A DNA stretch of 52,403 nucleotides, counting the filler, from Sphacelaria rigidula (Eukaryota), in assembly GCA_964200075.2 (NCBI GenBank). It is 4 parts of 4 records of this genome, joined end to end, with 100 filler letters (N's around TTAATTAATTAA, not from the genome) between each part and the next. Parts side by side here need not be neighbours in the genome. Positions count along the whole stretch, not along the records: positions 13,129 to 26,155 come from CAXNAA020003221.1; 3 more parts are not named here. One strand, 5' to 3'. The first letter of the stretch is position 1. Each line of letters starts with the position of its first letter. The notes beneath the pieces were generated by a model. That model saw nothing but the letters and a program-made list of their open reading frames with translations. It was not told the origin of the DNA and did not search any database. A program made the translations under genes and the position numbers. Shown here piece by piece: positions 13,701-25,260 of this stretch.

Positions 13701-14010
13701 ATGCTTCTTGTGGTTACACGTAATCCGAATGGATCCATCCGCTTTATTCACGACTACCAACGGGCTACCCCAGTTCGAATACGATCTCCTCAAAACACCT
13801 GCTGCCAGCATGCGATCGATTTATACTCGTACTTCCTTTTGGGCCGCCGGGTTATGACGATACGGGCGCTGTGTTACGGGCCTAGTCCCCGGTTTGAGTT
13901 CCATCTTGAACGGATTCAGCGTGCCATACTCCAGATCTATCTTATCCTTGGAAAATCGGTACGAATAGTTGCACAAAGATTCACCCATTATTATTATACC
14001 GTTATGCACC
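13698..14010 (-). pseudogene. Gypsy pol: pre-RT spacer and RT N-terminus, truncated
   Basis: FKMELKPGTRPVTQRPYRHNP...LAAGVLRRSYSNWGSPLVVVNKADGSIRITCNHKKHN corresponds to the canonical Ty3 RT start (S.S.WASP.V.V.K.DG..R.C.DY..LN). Confidence 0.9.
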
Positions 14011-14346
14011 GTTCAAGCCTGCCAAGACCCGAGGATGTTCTAAACCCTGGTCTCCCGTGAGTACTCCCTCAGTCTTCGGATTAGTTGTTTTAGAGATCCT
14101 AACGTCCTCCAAGGAGCATGGTACCAAAGGTGCTCCAGCAAAACCTTGAGTGGTGGTTGAAGTCAATATTTGTCCTTCTAAACCAGTATAACAGAGAGGG
14201 GTGGTGGATTCTCCAGCATCTATGATTACTCCATGTGGAGAACAATCGGGATCCAGGGTCGTATAATAAGCGCCACCGTCGGTGGGCGTTCCGTCCCTGT
14301 GAAATGGTTTGACAGGAACCCATGACAAAGTAGCAGGTCGTATCAT

Positions 14347-14677
14347 TTATTGAAATACGTTGTAGACTACTATACTTTGAGCTATTGACGATTTCGGTTC
14401 AACGAAGCCAACAGCATTGCGGAAGTGTTCCGCAAACGCACGATTCGCAACAGAGTCAATGTTGTTTCCTTGCAAGGTCATGACTGTCTCTCGTCGGTTT
14501 ACATCACGATACGCTCTGACCGCGAATAGACCTAGGGCATCACGTCCTACTAGGATGTCATCGTTCATTGTTTCATCCGGTACTACATGGGCGTAAATTG
14601 CTTGATATGCTCGTCCATTTTGAACCGACATTCGTGGGTTGGGTCTTCTAGGCCACAGTCTGATATTCAACCGCGCC
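14347..14677 (-). pseudogene. Gypsy aspartic protease, C-terminal half and downstream pol
   Basis: QARLNIRLW...AIYAHVVPDETMNDDILVGRDALGLF contains the ILGRD-type motif. It joins the N-half in frame once 14682-15798 and one TSD copy are removed. Confidence 0.85.
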
Positions 14678-14681
14678 TGTG

Positions 14682-15798
14682 CAGTGTTATTCCTTTTGAG
14701 TGTTATGGATGCATTAGCGTCGGAGAAGTGTACGTTCCAGTAGCTTGAGTCACGTCCCGCAGTTTCATTTCTCTTGTCCTCAGAGAGGAGGTCAGCGTTT
14801 GCCCCAGGTGACGCACGCAGGAATGAAAGGCCACCTCCGCCGCTGTAGTGGCTGCCCGCATCTCGGGCGGAGCTGTATCATAAGACAGCCGCTATGGCGT
14901 GAAATCCGCCTGTGACATTTCACGTTGTGGAGATTTTCACCAGCTGGTGTCGACATGTAGCGTCCAGTTGCCGACTGCAAACATGAGTGATACACAAATT
15001 ACAGCAGGCAATAGATTCGATACTGAGTGCGGTACACTTTTAACGTTGTGTACGTACTGACTGTAGAATTCTTCGTCCAGGGTGCAGTACATTTCACATT
15101 TAATTAGGCGCATTGAGATCGTGAAAAATCCGCAACGTATCGGCAAAGTGCAAGTGGGGTAATCCCCAAAATATTCATATACAAACTCTGCCCCAGAGCA
15201 CTGTAAGTTGATGCCGCTAGAAGAACACTACTATAACCACCTTGCCGGCTGCCAGACTGTCAGCACTTGGGATACGCTAGCATTGCTACTTTCTGTACGG
15301 GTGTGTTGCCCCCTTGTCGGGTACTCTGGCAAGGGTCTGTGGCAGAACGCCGCGGTCGCGCGAGAGAAGCTTAACCTTGACATGTCGAGCTTTTTGGACC
15401 GGGAATTTTCAACCCCCGACCCTCGTGTATATGAGGGACCGTACATGCTGCTTTGCTGGGTTTCTGCGGGTCTCCATCCCTGACTGGGCGAAGATCGACG
15501 ATGACGCCGACAGGATCCGTTCCGACCTGCGAGCCCGATCGATGACGACCCCAGTACATTCGTCATCTTACAGAAAGTGTTGAATGAAGAAAAATACTGG
15601 TACCCCGGGTATCCACCGTTTCAATGCAGACCGGACCCTCACCGCCTTGTACGGATGCACGAGCGACTGTGAGACCTTGCTTTTGTAACAATCAAGACAT
15701 TCTCCAAGTTTCGGCGTCACCACAAGCGAGTTGCGGATTTTCTTCACGCCTAGCCTTCGAAAACACCGCCTCCATAAGATTGAAAAGGAATAAGACTG
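14682..15798. mobile_element. 1117-bp TIR DNA transposon (non-autonomous or decayed), 4-bp TSD TGTG
   Basis: 31-bp TIRs match at 26/31 positions (CAGTGTTATTCCTTTTGAGTGTTATGGATGC vs CAGTCTTATTCCTTTTCAATCTTATGGAGGC). TGTG is at 14678-14681 and 15799-15802. Excision restores the protease frame CTSS|QARLN. Confidence 0.9.
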
Positions 15799-16030
15799 TG
15801 TGAAGAAGTACACAACGAGACACCATTGAAGTCCCCCCAGGATACAGGGTCTACTTGCCGGGCACCTTCTATGGTATCCGCCCCGACGTCAACCATTTGT
15901 TTCCACACCTTGTACTGGATAAATGTCGCTGAACTCCCCGTGTGCACTAGAGCCTTAACTTCCAATGTTCTAGTCGCCTTTGGGCCAGGAGAAAATTGCA
16001 CCAAGGTCGAACTTTCTTTGCGATTTAGAC
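15799..16030 (-). pseudogene. Gypsy aspartic protease, N-terminal half (catalytic D mutated to H)
   Basis: LEVKALVHTGSSATFIQYKVWKQMVDVGA...SWGDFNGVSLCTSS, where ALV[D>H]TGS is the active-site motif. Confidence 0.85.
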
Positions 16031-17439
16031 CCACTCCCCCCCCCTCATGACTTCGTGAATTTCTCCCGAGTGAAGTTCTTTCCTTCCCCGCGCAAGCTGA
16101 CTGAAGATCGTCGCTGAAACGCGGGCAGAAACTGGTTCTGTAGGCAAACGACCACCTGTTTTTGGGTCCAGTACGTTAATACTTTCGGCTGGTATCATAC
16201 CTGGGTCATCACCTTTTCCTTGAGCTACACTACGCACAACGCAACACGGACACTCGTCACTATCTATAGGACGTGAACTATCTCGGGATGCTACAACAGT
16301 ACTATCGGGGGAATCAATAGTCACGCAGTCCTGCACATCGTTAACGTCGTCGGCTGATCCACCTTCGTGCACGGTTGCAAGATCGAGAATAGAGTCAGCC
16401 TCGCTTGGCCCTCCCTGACCTATACTACTGTTGCCCCGACGACTGTTGCGAGAAGTTCAGCTATGCACATTGGAGTCTCTAGTTGAAGAAATTTCACTTT
16501 CGCCTACTTCATTGCCGCTCGATTGTCGAACTGGTGCGTTTACTTTCATCACGCACAGTTGAAACTTCGGCGGGGAAAATCTCCTTTTCCCCTACCGGAG
16601 CATTACTATTTTCCCCACTGACGCGGGCAGATTTGCGATGCACAATGGAAGTTTTAGTTTCGGCGGGAGTAATGTCATTTCTATCACCCGGGTTACAACT
16701 ACTAATGCTCCCACCGATGCGGGCAGTTTTACCTTGCACGGTGGAGTATTCGGCGGGGAGATTTTTTTCCATGTGTTCCCCGGTCCAGATGGGTATCGAT
16801 AATTACTTTGAGGAGTATCTCGATGAAACGGCTCTCCAGCCTTACCCTGGATGCTTGTCCTGCTGGGTGCTCTTTACTCTGCGACTGTACAATCGTATCG
16901 GGCCCATCCATAAACCTGGCGGCGACCGAAGGTTCAGACGGTACAACTCGGCTGCATGCTTGTGCGCTTGATGTTTTACTTTCACGTAAAATATCGCTTA
17001 GATTTTGTGCGCTACTGGGGGATCTACCCCTACCAGACGCACCATTCCGACGGTCAGACTGGGATGACACGCACGATTTCAATACTGAGGCTCTACTCGC
17101 ACCCGTCTGCGATGAAATGCCTACAGACTGGCGGAAATTCTGATATGTATAGGATTGTGGATTCTTTCCAACTTTCAAAACATCGTTGCGTGGATGGTCA
17201 GTCCCCTCGTTTCATTCCAATGTTTCAGCGGGATCACAATTCTGACTCTTCTGGAACGAATTCCCCCCGTTCCTCCAACTAGTGTTCTTCCCGTTCAAGG
17301 CCAAGCCAGTTAGAATTTGCGGATTAGACACATTGACGCCATTAGTATTTGCAATATTCGTGGGAGGGTCAGGTCCTCCAGTGCCTATAGCGAGCTGAAG
17401 TGCTGTCGATGAACTAGCCCAGGCTTCATCGCCACGTAT

Positions 17440-19860
17440 TCAAGGGTTATTTCTGTTACAATGGTGGTCACACAATCTACGCTGCCGTCGCCAGTTTTCA
17501 TGGTGGATAATTCCAGATATATTCATAAATGTGTGCGGACATTCTCTGGCGAGGACGTGATCCTCACTTCCACAGGTCGAGCAAACAGGCCCAAAGGCTT
17601 TTCGTGCAGCATATTTCGCTCCACGAGAGCTGAAGGGCGCGTAACAGGAGGGATCCCCACCCATTTCTCCCGAGTCGTATCGTTTCGTTTTGTAAAAGCC
17701 ACTCCCATGAGGGTGCGCCCGACCTCGATCTCGGCGGCCCTGCGGAAAAGATGCCTCCGACCACATACTAGTGCTCCCGCCACGTTTAGCCTCACGGAAC
17801 TTGTAGCCGCCTGCACGCAACTCGCGTCTCACAGTCTAAGACAGCAATTCGGGGAATGGAGACGTTGGAGCCAATGGCACATGAGGTGGTTTTCTGGCTG
17901 CGGCGGCGCTTGACTTCACTGCCTGCGCATGTGACCGCGATGCCTCTCCTACTAACTGCCATTTTATGTCAGCTTCCTGTTTCACTACTGGGGCAGGGTT
18001 AGCCGTGCTAGCTTCCCGAGCCGACGACTTAACGGCTGGAATTTCAGGAAGCCGTCTAGCCAGGGCTTTGTTTCTTTTCATTGCAGCTGCAAACTGTCTG
18101 CTCCTACCGGCCGCCGCACGGAGTTCAGCATTATGCAGCACCCGATCGAGGGCCTAGTCTCCGTCCGTGTCTGGAACGTCTAGGGAGGACGGACTACTTG
18201 GAGGATTGGCCGCTCAATGAAGGTCGTGTGTCCCTTATTTGCTCTAGCTACAGCAGCCGCTGTACTGATGGTGGATTCCCTCTCTCCGCTCTTGACGTCA
18301 GCCAGCAGCGGCCTCGTCGGAACCGACGGAATGGGGGTGTAATCCCCCCCCCCCCCCTCCGGCGTAGCGACCGTCGTACGTGGGCGACCTTCATCGTTGG
18401 CGTCAATTCCCACACTCGGCATGGATCCTTATGCGACAGCGAATCCAACAGCTAGCGGACATTATCTACGACATCATCCACCGTTACCCTTGAGTGCCCC
18501 ACCTGTACCGCGATGCTACACCGCATCGACTACAGCGGTACTGGGTTTGGTTGCCTCGACGGCCGCAAAAGCCGGAGTTTCCGTAGTGGTTCCTGCACTG
18601 GCGGAGCGGGCTTCCTCGGGACGAGCGGTATGGAGTATACCATCACCCCGGGCAGTCCGATCACCGGTGATTTCGGCGATTTGCCTTCTACAACCGAGCG
18701 GGCAAGCAGTGTCGGCAAGGGGAGGGATAGTACCAGCAACGAAAGTAGCGCACATGGTCACTACTGGTTCTGGTAACAAGTAGCGTTGTGGCGTGGACAA
18801 AAGAGACCGACTGTCAGACTGAGCACAAAGCCGAAGTTCTCTACGAGACGTCAGCACTGGCTTTACCGGGGCAGCAAGTATCCCCGGCGTCCGGCTGGCG
18901 CGTCGCGGGGCTCGACTCAAACGTACGGTGTCGTTCATGTTAACACAACCAAGTTCGATTTCAGACAGGACTGAGCGCAACTGCGCCTCAGTTTTTTGGA
19001 GCATCAGAATTCGTTGAATCACCCCGGACGCGGTCGACTGTAGACTACCTCGCTCTACCTCTGACGTGGGAAGGCGGGGCGGAGAGTCACGAAGGAGTGA
19101 ACTCAAGTGTTAGCACATTTCACTGTTCTGCCCGATATTCACATCACGCTCATCATGACTTCGGGACAATGGTACACGATTACCCGTCATCATTTCGACA
19201 TCTTCAGTGGGAGATTCCGTGAGAATACCAGCAAGCATTTCATTCACAACACTGGGCAGTTGCGATATTCCACTCTCATGGCATGGTGTAATGGGCACAC
19301 CACTACAGGTTTCCACGGGGGCCGGGGAAACTACCCATTCCAACAGGTCGATTTCGTCCGCCTCTGCCGACAACATTCGCCATGCTAAGCGCCGCACCGT
19401 CATCGGTCGGGTTTTCTACACATTTAATGTCGTCTGTAACGGAGATTTGAAGCGCCGAAGTTATTTCATCGGTAGAGCTTTGATCCCCTCCAGCGGCAAC
19501 CACTGAGTCTACATTCGATTCAAGAAGCGATTCATCATCAGCCGGGGAACCACTCTGTGTGCAGGAAATGTCTTTCACTCGATGGGAGTGCAGCGCCGCA
19601 AGGTTTTCCTCGGTATTGCTTCTCTCCCCCTCAATGTTGGGAACTGAATCCGCCGAAAGCCCCGGTTCAAATCCGGGCGCGCTCCCAACTGACTCCTCGA
19701 CACTTTCCTCTTTCGCACCCTGTACTACGGACACGCTTGTTCCTGGCGCTACTCTCAGATTTGAATCTCGCGACAGGTCATCTGCCCTTCGTTGTGATCC
19801 AGTACGAACCCCGCTTGGAAACCTCGCAAGACGCTTAGGACGATCGTTTTCACTAGACAT
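17440..19860 (-). pseudogene. Gypsy gag-like ORF1, frameshifted, with zinc knuckle
   Basis: A chain of minus-strand ORFs runs from MSSENDRPK... and includes CSTCGSEDHVLAREC (C-X2-C-X4-H-X5-C) near 17545-17590. Confidence 0.7.
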
Positions 19861-20129
19861 CGTAGGAGGTTGCTGCTGTTGAATTGCTGAACGTGCTGAA
19901 ATTTTTCCGCGGACTACCGTCCTCGCCACTGTCAGGAGAAGAGTTGGAGCTCTTTTCTCCCATGTAGGTATAGCAGCTTTTGTGAAAGTCGAGTGTCGTG
20001 TCCGAAGCAAGCTCGGGGTTGAGATAAGCGCTGATGTGCCCGAAAGATGAAAATAGATTGTAGACAGTTCTTATTTTGATTATCTCTACTATGCTTTGTG
20101 TAGCCCGACTAAGACAAGTACTATTGACC

Positions 20130-20146
20130 ATAATCCTCTGCCACAA
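20130..20146 (-). promoter_or_regulatory. Degenerate primer-binding site (tRNA-iMet type)
   Basis: Minus-strand TTGTGGCAGAGGAT resembles the canonical iMet PBS TGGTAGCAGAGGAT. It lies directly after the inferred LTR end. Confidence 0.55.
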
Positions 20147-21793
20147 TACGGACCGAGGAGTACGCTGAAACCAGGGAGTGAAGAAGAGTACGAGCTGGGC
20201 CAGCCTAGAAACGGATTTAAGCTCTCAAAGCGATATCTCAACGACACAGGCGCGTTGGGCCGTGATCCGCATATCGTATTAATCCTCTAACCAAGGGGAA
20301 GGTGCCCATCTGCTCAAAAATATGGGCCAACTTTCGTCTCGTTGATTAAACCTCATGTCTAGTAATTTCTATACCTAGCGGAGATAGCGTCCACACTGAA
20401 ATCTATATGAAACCCCGAACGATCGATTCAGCGGATGATCACGATTTTTTGTGCGGACCTTCCCTGGAGCACGGGGAGACGATATATACCCTCACCTTCA
20501 CCTACTTCGTTCATCTGTCTCGAGATATGGCGCATATAAATTCCCATACTGAAATCAGTATATTACGAGCAGAGGCACTAGATGACCTGAATCTGGATAT
20601 CGCGTCTCAGTTTTTGAGAGTTGTGCCATGAAATTTGGTATGGAGAACCGCTGGTGCATAATGGAATAGCAACACAGCTTTTCTTGTTTTTTTTAGATTT
20701 TTTAAGATTTTTTTTTCGTGTTTTTACGGGAGTTTTAAGGAGAAATGAACATTGCTCTTGGGTCTTATGTCAATTTTTCAGCTCAATTTTTAGAATTCCG
20801 ATTTGAAACTTGGCCTGGAGAACGACACAGGTATGCTGAGTAAAAAAAAAATGGGCCTTCATTTTTCCATTTTTTTTATGAGAGGTTCGGGCGTTCTCGT
20901 AAAAAAATGGTCGTTACCATACTGAAGCGCCCTCAATCAGTGGAAAATAAAAATAAAAACCAACCTCACCCACTTTTCTTTGTTTATCATGGCCTAGCGA
21001 GGTCCCGCACAAAGTTTCAACCCACAAACACCAAACGTGGGCCGATAAACGGCCTGCAAAATACTGTTCCGAATTTCCGCCGGCCCGGTTTTTTCAAAGG
21101 TAAATTCGTAATTTTTTCTTGGAGTTGGACAGTGAAATTTGGTATGGACAATCAACAGGACATGAAGAAGAGCTGTCTGTGAGACCCCGAAGATTGTTTT
21201 TCTTTCATGAGTTGAGGGCAAAAGTTACTTTTTTTTTTGAAGTAAAATGCCCTGAACGCATGAAAAAAAACGAAAAAAATTTGGGGACCTCACAGACAGC
21301 TTTTCTCCATGCCCTGTTGATTGTCCATGCCAAATTTCGCTTTCCAACTCCAAGAAAAAAATTGCGAATTCGCCTGCAAAGTACAAATCCGCTTCGAGGC
21401 TGGCCCAGCCTGTAGACGCGACGGGGTGGTGCAGAAAATACCTTCTGTCGCCACTCTTGTGTCTCTTCATCCTTTCTATCGTACTTGACAACAAAGCTGT
21501 GATGTTATCTCTGAAATATGTAACTCTTCATGCTCAGAGGACACCAAACAGCTCGTTTTCCCTGCCCTGTCTGGTACGTCACAAGCGGACTTTCTTCTCG
21601 TTAAATCTACTCTTGAATGTATCTTACAGTCCAGGCCGTCCGATCCGGAATACAAGTTTTTCTTCACTTTTATTAATTCAACCTAGAACACACCGGCCCA
21701 CTTTTGACAAGAAACTAGGAATACGTTTCGCAATATCTTCAGACACTACAATACAATCTCTGTACTCCGGACACGGACTATTTTATAACCACA
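20147..21793 (-). repeat. Inferred 5' LTR (~420 bp after removing the 20191-21412 insertion)
   Basis: Begins TGTGGTTATAAAA at 21793 and ends just before the PBS, in TA rather than CA. No second LTR is in the window, so the boundaries are inferred. Confidence 0.5.
20191..21412. mobile_element. Tc1/mariner-like non-autonomous element, TA TSD, 1222 bp
   Basis: TA|CGAGCTGGGCCAGCCTAGAAACGGATTT matches the right-end reverse complement TA|CAGGCTGGGCCAGCCTCGAAGCGGATTT. It has an AT-rich interior and an internal ~90-bp inverted repeat (21103-21188 vs 21283-21372). Confidence 0.8.
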
Positions 21794-22720
21794 CCTCGTC
21801 GCCTTCTACTGGGTCGAAATCGAGCCGGCCTCTTCCTTGGCCTCATGTAGTTGGATGGCTTTGAAACTTCTTGGAAATTGAGTATCAGTATGCTCGGCAG
21901 AAACCGGTATGATCTGCAAGGTTGCGTCATGATCAGACTGCAACGTTTAGCCATGCGCAACTACTTGTACGAGGTTCGGTATACGTTGCGTCACCAACAG
22001 GATCGCGCCGATCACCGAAGTCACTGTTTGCGATGTCTGTCGGTTTGGTCATCTCCTACTTCGATACCATTCGCTGACGGCTGTGTCTCAGGTACTCTTT
22101 TGGTCCAAGGTCAACTGTCGATGGTTTCAGAGATCAAGACCGATGCTGCTTTTGGCGCTTGAGCATCCGTTCGAATCAGTAGGGTGTTCTTCCTACCGTA
22201 CCACGAGGTCAAACAGGTGATCCAATATTCGTTCATCGGTGAGTTGTCCGGAATTTTCGGTGTGGAGCCTTAATTGTTCAAATTCAAAGATACAGATCAA
22301 AATATCCACGTGGATGTGACCCGATGATTTTTTGGAGTGAAAATGGGCATATCCGATTTGGAATCAATGGCCCTTGCCTACAGCCTTGCTCTTTACTCTG
22401 GCGGCAGGTCGAAGAGGTGTCAAATGTAACGTCACCGATCCTTTGGGGTACCGCGGAACGTGTAACATAGTGTCAGTCTCCGTGAGTTGAGCTTCATGTT
22501 CAACGATTGTGGATGCATCGCGTTTTGATGGCTGTATTACAAAGGCTGCCTGGGAACTGAATCGAAGTACGGAGGCTGGTTATATTACATGTTACACACT
22601 GCACTCCTATATATATATATATATTGTTTTCGACCGTTGAGTGCTATCGGACTGTTTGTATCGTCTCTTCATTTCGAATATTTGTCGGGTATACGTTTTC
22701 CCACTTGTACACGTCTCCTT

Positions 22721-23017
22721 TGTTGCATGCGTCCTGACATGTGGAATATTGAACCCTCCGCAACTTGCAACTCCTCTCAGCTTGTGAGCTGTGAGATGCG
22801 GCAAGACCATCCATACACCTTCTTTCGCTTGCTAAATGGTGGGTATGTTGAGGTAGCGTATTCGTAGGTTGGGTAGTTCCACCTATAAAGCTCTTCATTG
22901 TTGCATGCGCTCTTGGATGTGAAATATTGAACTGTCTGTAAATTGCAGCTCCTCTCAACTTGTGAGCTGTGAGATGCGGCAAGACCGCCCGTACTCCTTC
23001 TTTCGCTTGCTACATGG
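22721..23017. repeat. Two diverged direct repeats, ~178-bp period
   Basis: The block TGTTGCATGCG...CTTGTGAGCTGTGAGATGCGGCAAGACC...CTTTCGCTTGCTA occurs at ~22721 and ~22899. Confidence 0.85.
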
Positions 23018-23036
23018 TCGGGTGTGGCAACACGGG

Positions 23037-23130
23037 TAGCCATTGGGGTACCTGTAACCTCAAATTCGGACGTTACAGACGTTGTGCAGCGTCTGTAACG
23101 TCCGAATTCCAGATGGTACCCCAGTGGCCA
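23037..23130. repeat. ~94-bp palindrome/hairpin
   Basis: AATTCGGACGTTACAGACG-loop-CGTCTGTAACGTCCGAATT is a perfect stem, extended by GCCATTGGGGTACC/GGTACCCCAGTGGC. Confidence 0.9.
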
Positions 23131-24246
23131 CTCGTGAAGGTAGTGGATTCGCAGGTTGGGTATTTTTTCCTCAGTACTATTTCGAGTCACGGCGTCTTTA
23201 GAGATCAATTCGCTTGATTGATCGTCGTGCCTCAAGTACTGGGTGGTGAGAGGTTGGTTATTAAGTGTGGTACCGCAATTTGACTAGCCGTGCATGTGAC
23301 ATGTGATGCACCCTAAAGAGGCTGATTTCGCGCTGTCCTGGACACATGACCACTCTGACGTCTCTTTCTTATTACTAGTTATTGTGCACATGACCCATGC
23401 ACCTCGCCTGCTACTGCACTCCTTGAACAACCCTGGCGTCCCTGGCGTCCGAGCAACGCCTTTTTGTTTGTGCTCGGCATGAGCGCGTCGACGGGTGTAG
23501 TAGGTGTCGCCATATCTTTTCCCTGACACAAGATATGTAGCATACCTTGCACAAGTGTCTAAAACTGGTGTCAGCCAATGTGGATGTCGTGAGACTTCCG
23601 GAAGACGGTAGCAGCCGTCGAAGATGGCCGATGATTTCCCTCGTGTTATTTGATCAAGGATTGACCGTAGTCGGGGGTTTTAGGCAGCTGGATCACTCGG
23701 TACCGGTTAGGGCGGATGAAATCTCGAGAGAGAGAGTGATCCCCAGGGCTTGGTAGCAGTTGGCCGGAAATATCCCTGTTACCTTGGGGTCCCAGATCCA
23801 GCTGTACAGATATGAGAGTTTCGGAACTCCCAGCAGTGAGAAGTGCACCTGTAACGGCCGTTGACTAGGTTACACACCATGGAACGAAATCTCTCCGCAC
23901 ATACGAAATAGCGATCTTTACAGTACTTTTCATCCTTTCTCTCTTGACTCACCGCTCAAACATGGACCGTGCACCAGGCAAAGCTTCTCCCGAGCTACTA
24001 TCAAAACCCCGAATGCAAGTAACCAAGAAGCCAAGTAGAAAGGTGTGGGCGTCTCGTGGCATATGCGGTACACCCGTTATGATGCGGTCTCAATTAAGGT
24101 ATTGGCCCAATCTTCAATTTGCCCTGCTCATCCGAATGCACTCAATCCAGCCCAGTTGCACAAATATCCTACTGGTTGGTATTACACGTTCACGAGGATC
24201 TAGTCCGGGCACATTCGAATATATTGCTGCTGCGTATGCTGGGGAA

Positions 24247-24520
24247 AGCGAACGAGAAAGTTGCCCCTGTCCCGAGGACATCGTGTCCCGTGGTTGTGAG
24301 CGATGCATCGTCTCTATGATTGCCGAAGCTCTGGAACTTGACGATGCATCGCTCTGCTCTGGGCCCGGCCGGTTCGAGGTTAATTGGAATGGCGAGATGC
24401 TACTTACACGCACGATATCCATATTGAATGGAACCTCGGTCTAGATTTCGGGGCATGGTGCCGGGAAGGCTGTGATTGACGGTGGCACTGCCGTTCGGCC
24501 GTTGAGGTCAACAGCGGGTC
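24247..24520 (+). pseudogene. Adhesin/polymorphic-outer-membrane-protein-like exon remnant (left arm of inverted duplication)
   Basis: EALELDDASLCSGPGRFEVNWNGEMLLTRTISILNGTSV*ISGHGAGKAVIDGGTAV resembles the N-terminal module of brown-algal adhesin-like proteins. It carries a stop and a frameshift. Confidence 0.6.
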
Positions 24521-24559
24521 CACGCTGGAGCTAAACTCGCTGCCCCTACGAACGTCGCC

Positions 24560-24870
24560 TGCGTTCGTGGAGGCAGCGTGTTCAGCTGTAGCGTTGACCC
24601 GTTGTTGACCTTGAAGGGCTGAACGGCAGTGCCACCGTCGATCACAGCCTTCCCCGCACCATGCCCGGAATCCAGACCGAGGTTCCATTCGATATGGATA
24701 TCGTTTGTGTAAGTAACACCTCGCCATTCCAATTCACCTCGAACCGGCCGGGCCCAGAACAGAGCAGTGCATCGCTAAGTCCCAGAGCTTCGGCCGTCGT
24801 GGAGACGATGCCATCACTCACCCCCTCGGGACACAACGTCCTCGAGACAGGTGCAACTTTCGGGTTCGCT
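24560..24870 (-). pseudogene. Adhesin-like exon remnant (right arm of inverted duplication)
   Basis: EALGLSDALLCSGPGRFEVNWNGEVLLTQTISISNGTSVWIP/GHGAGKAVIDGGTAVQPFKVNNGSTLQLNTL, with one frameshift. Confidence 0.6.
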
Positions 24871-24959
24871 AGGGGAGGAAATGAGTGATCTTTTGCTGAG
24901 TTCGGTGGGGCGGTGATCGTTTCAGACTGATCCCCACTGGCTGCTTCCAACTGCTTTTT

Positions 24960-25260
24960 TTTTAATTTGATTGTCACACTTTAACTGACCCCCCAAGGGT
25001 CCAGCCGTGGTCTCATGATAAAAGTGTCCAAGAAAAACGAAACCGAAACACTCTGAGAAAAAGAAGGAACAGAACAAACAAGAAAAAGGGGTCGAACAGA
25101 ACGACATGGCAGACTAAGTCGTAACAAGAAAAAAAGGTAATAAAAATAGTCAACACAAGCCAAGCACAGAAAAAAATGGCCGATCTAGAACAAGAAAAAA
25201 AGAAAAAAAGAGGAAAGTACAGAGCAAATAAAACGAAAGACAATGAAATGGTGGGGGGAG
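24960..25260 (+). repeat. Purine/A-rich dispersed repeat
   Basis: Homologous to 41195-41470 (ACTTTAACTGACCCCC...CCAGCCGTGGTC.CATGA...GCACAGAAAAAAATGGCCGATCT). Confidence 0.75.

Larger units (their letters stand above)
13698..21793 (-). mobile_element. Decayed Ty3/Gypsy LTR retrotransposon, 5' part (LTR-PBS-gag-PR-start of RT)
   Basis: The order is LTR, PBS, long ORF1 with a CCHC knuckle, aspartic protease, spacer, then the RT N-terminus. Many stops and frameshifts are present. Confidence 0.9.

Noticed and set aside
14676..15798. Introner-like self-removal of the TIR element by splicing
   Set aside because: Using the GT in the TIR and the CAG formed at the TSD leaves a +1 frameshift in the protease.
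14682..15798. Fanzor/TnpB cargo in the TIR element
   Set aside because: No RuvC motifs or zinc finger were recognisable in the frames I translated.
22426..22596. Solo LTR (TGTAAC...GTTACA)
   Set aside because: It is short, has no target-site duplication and has no second copy in the window.
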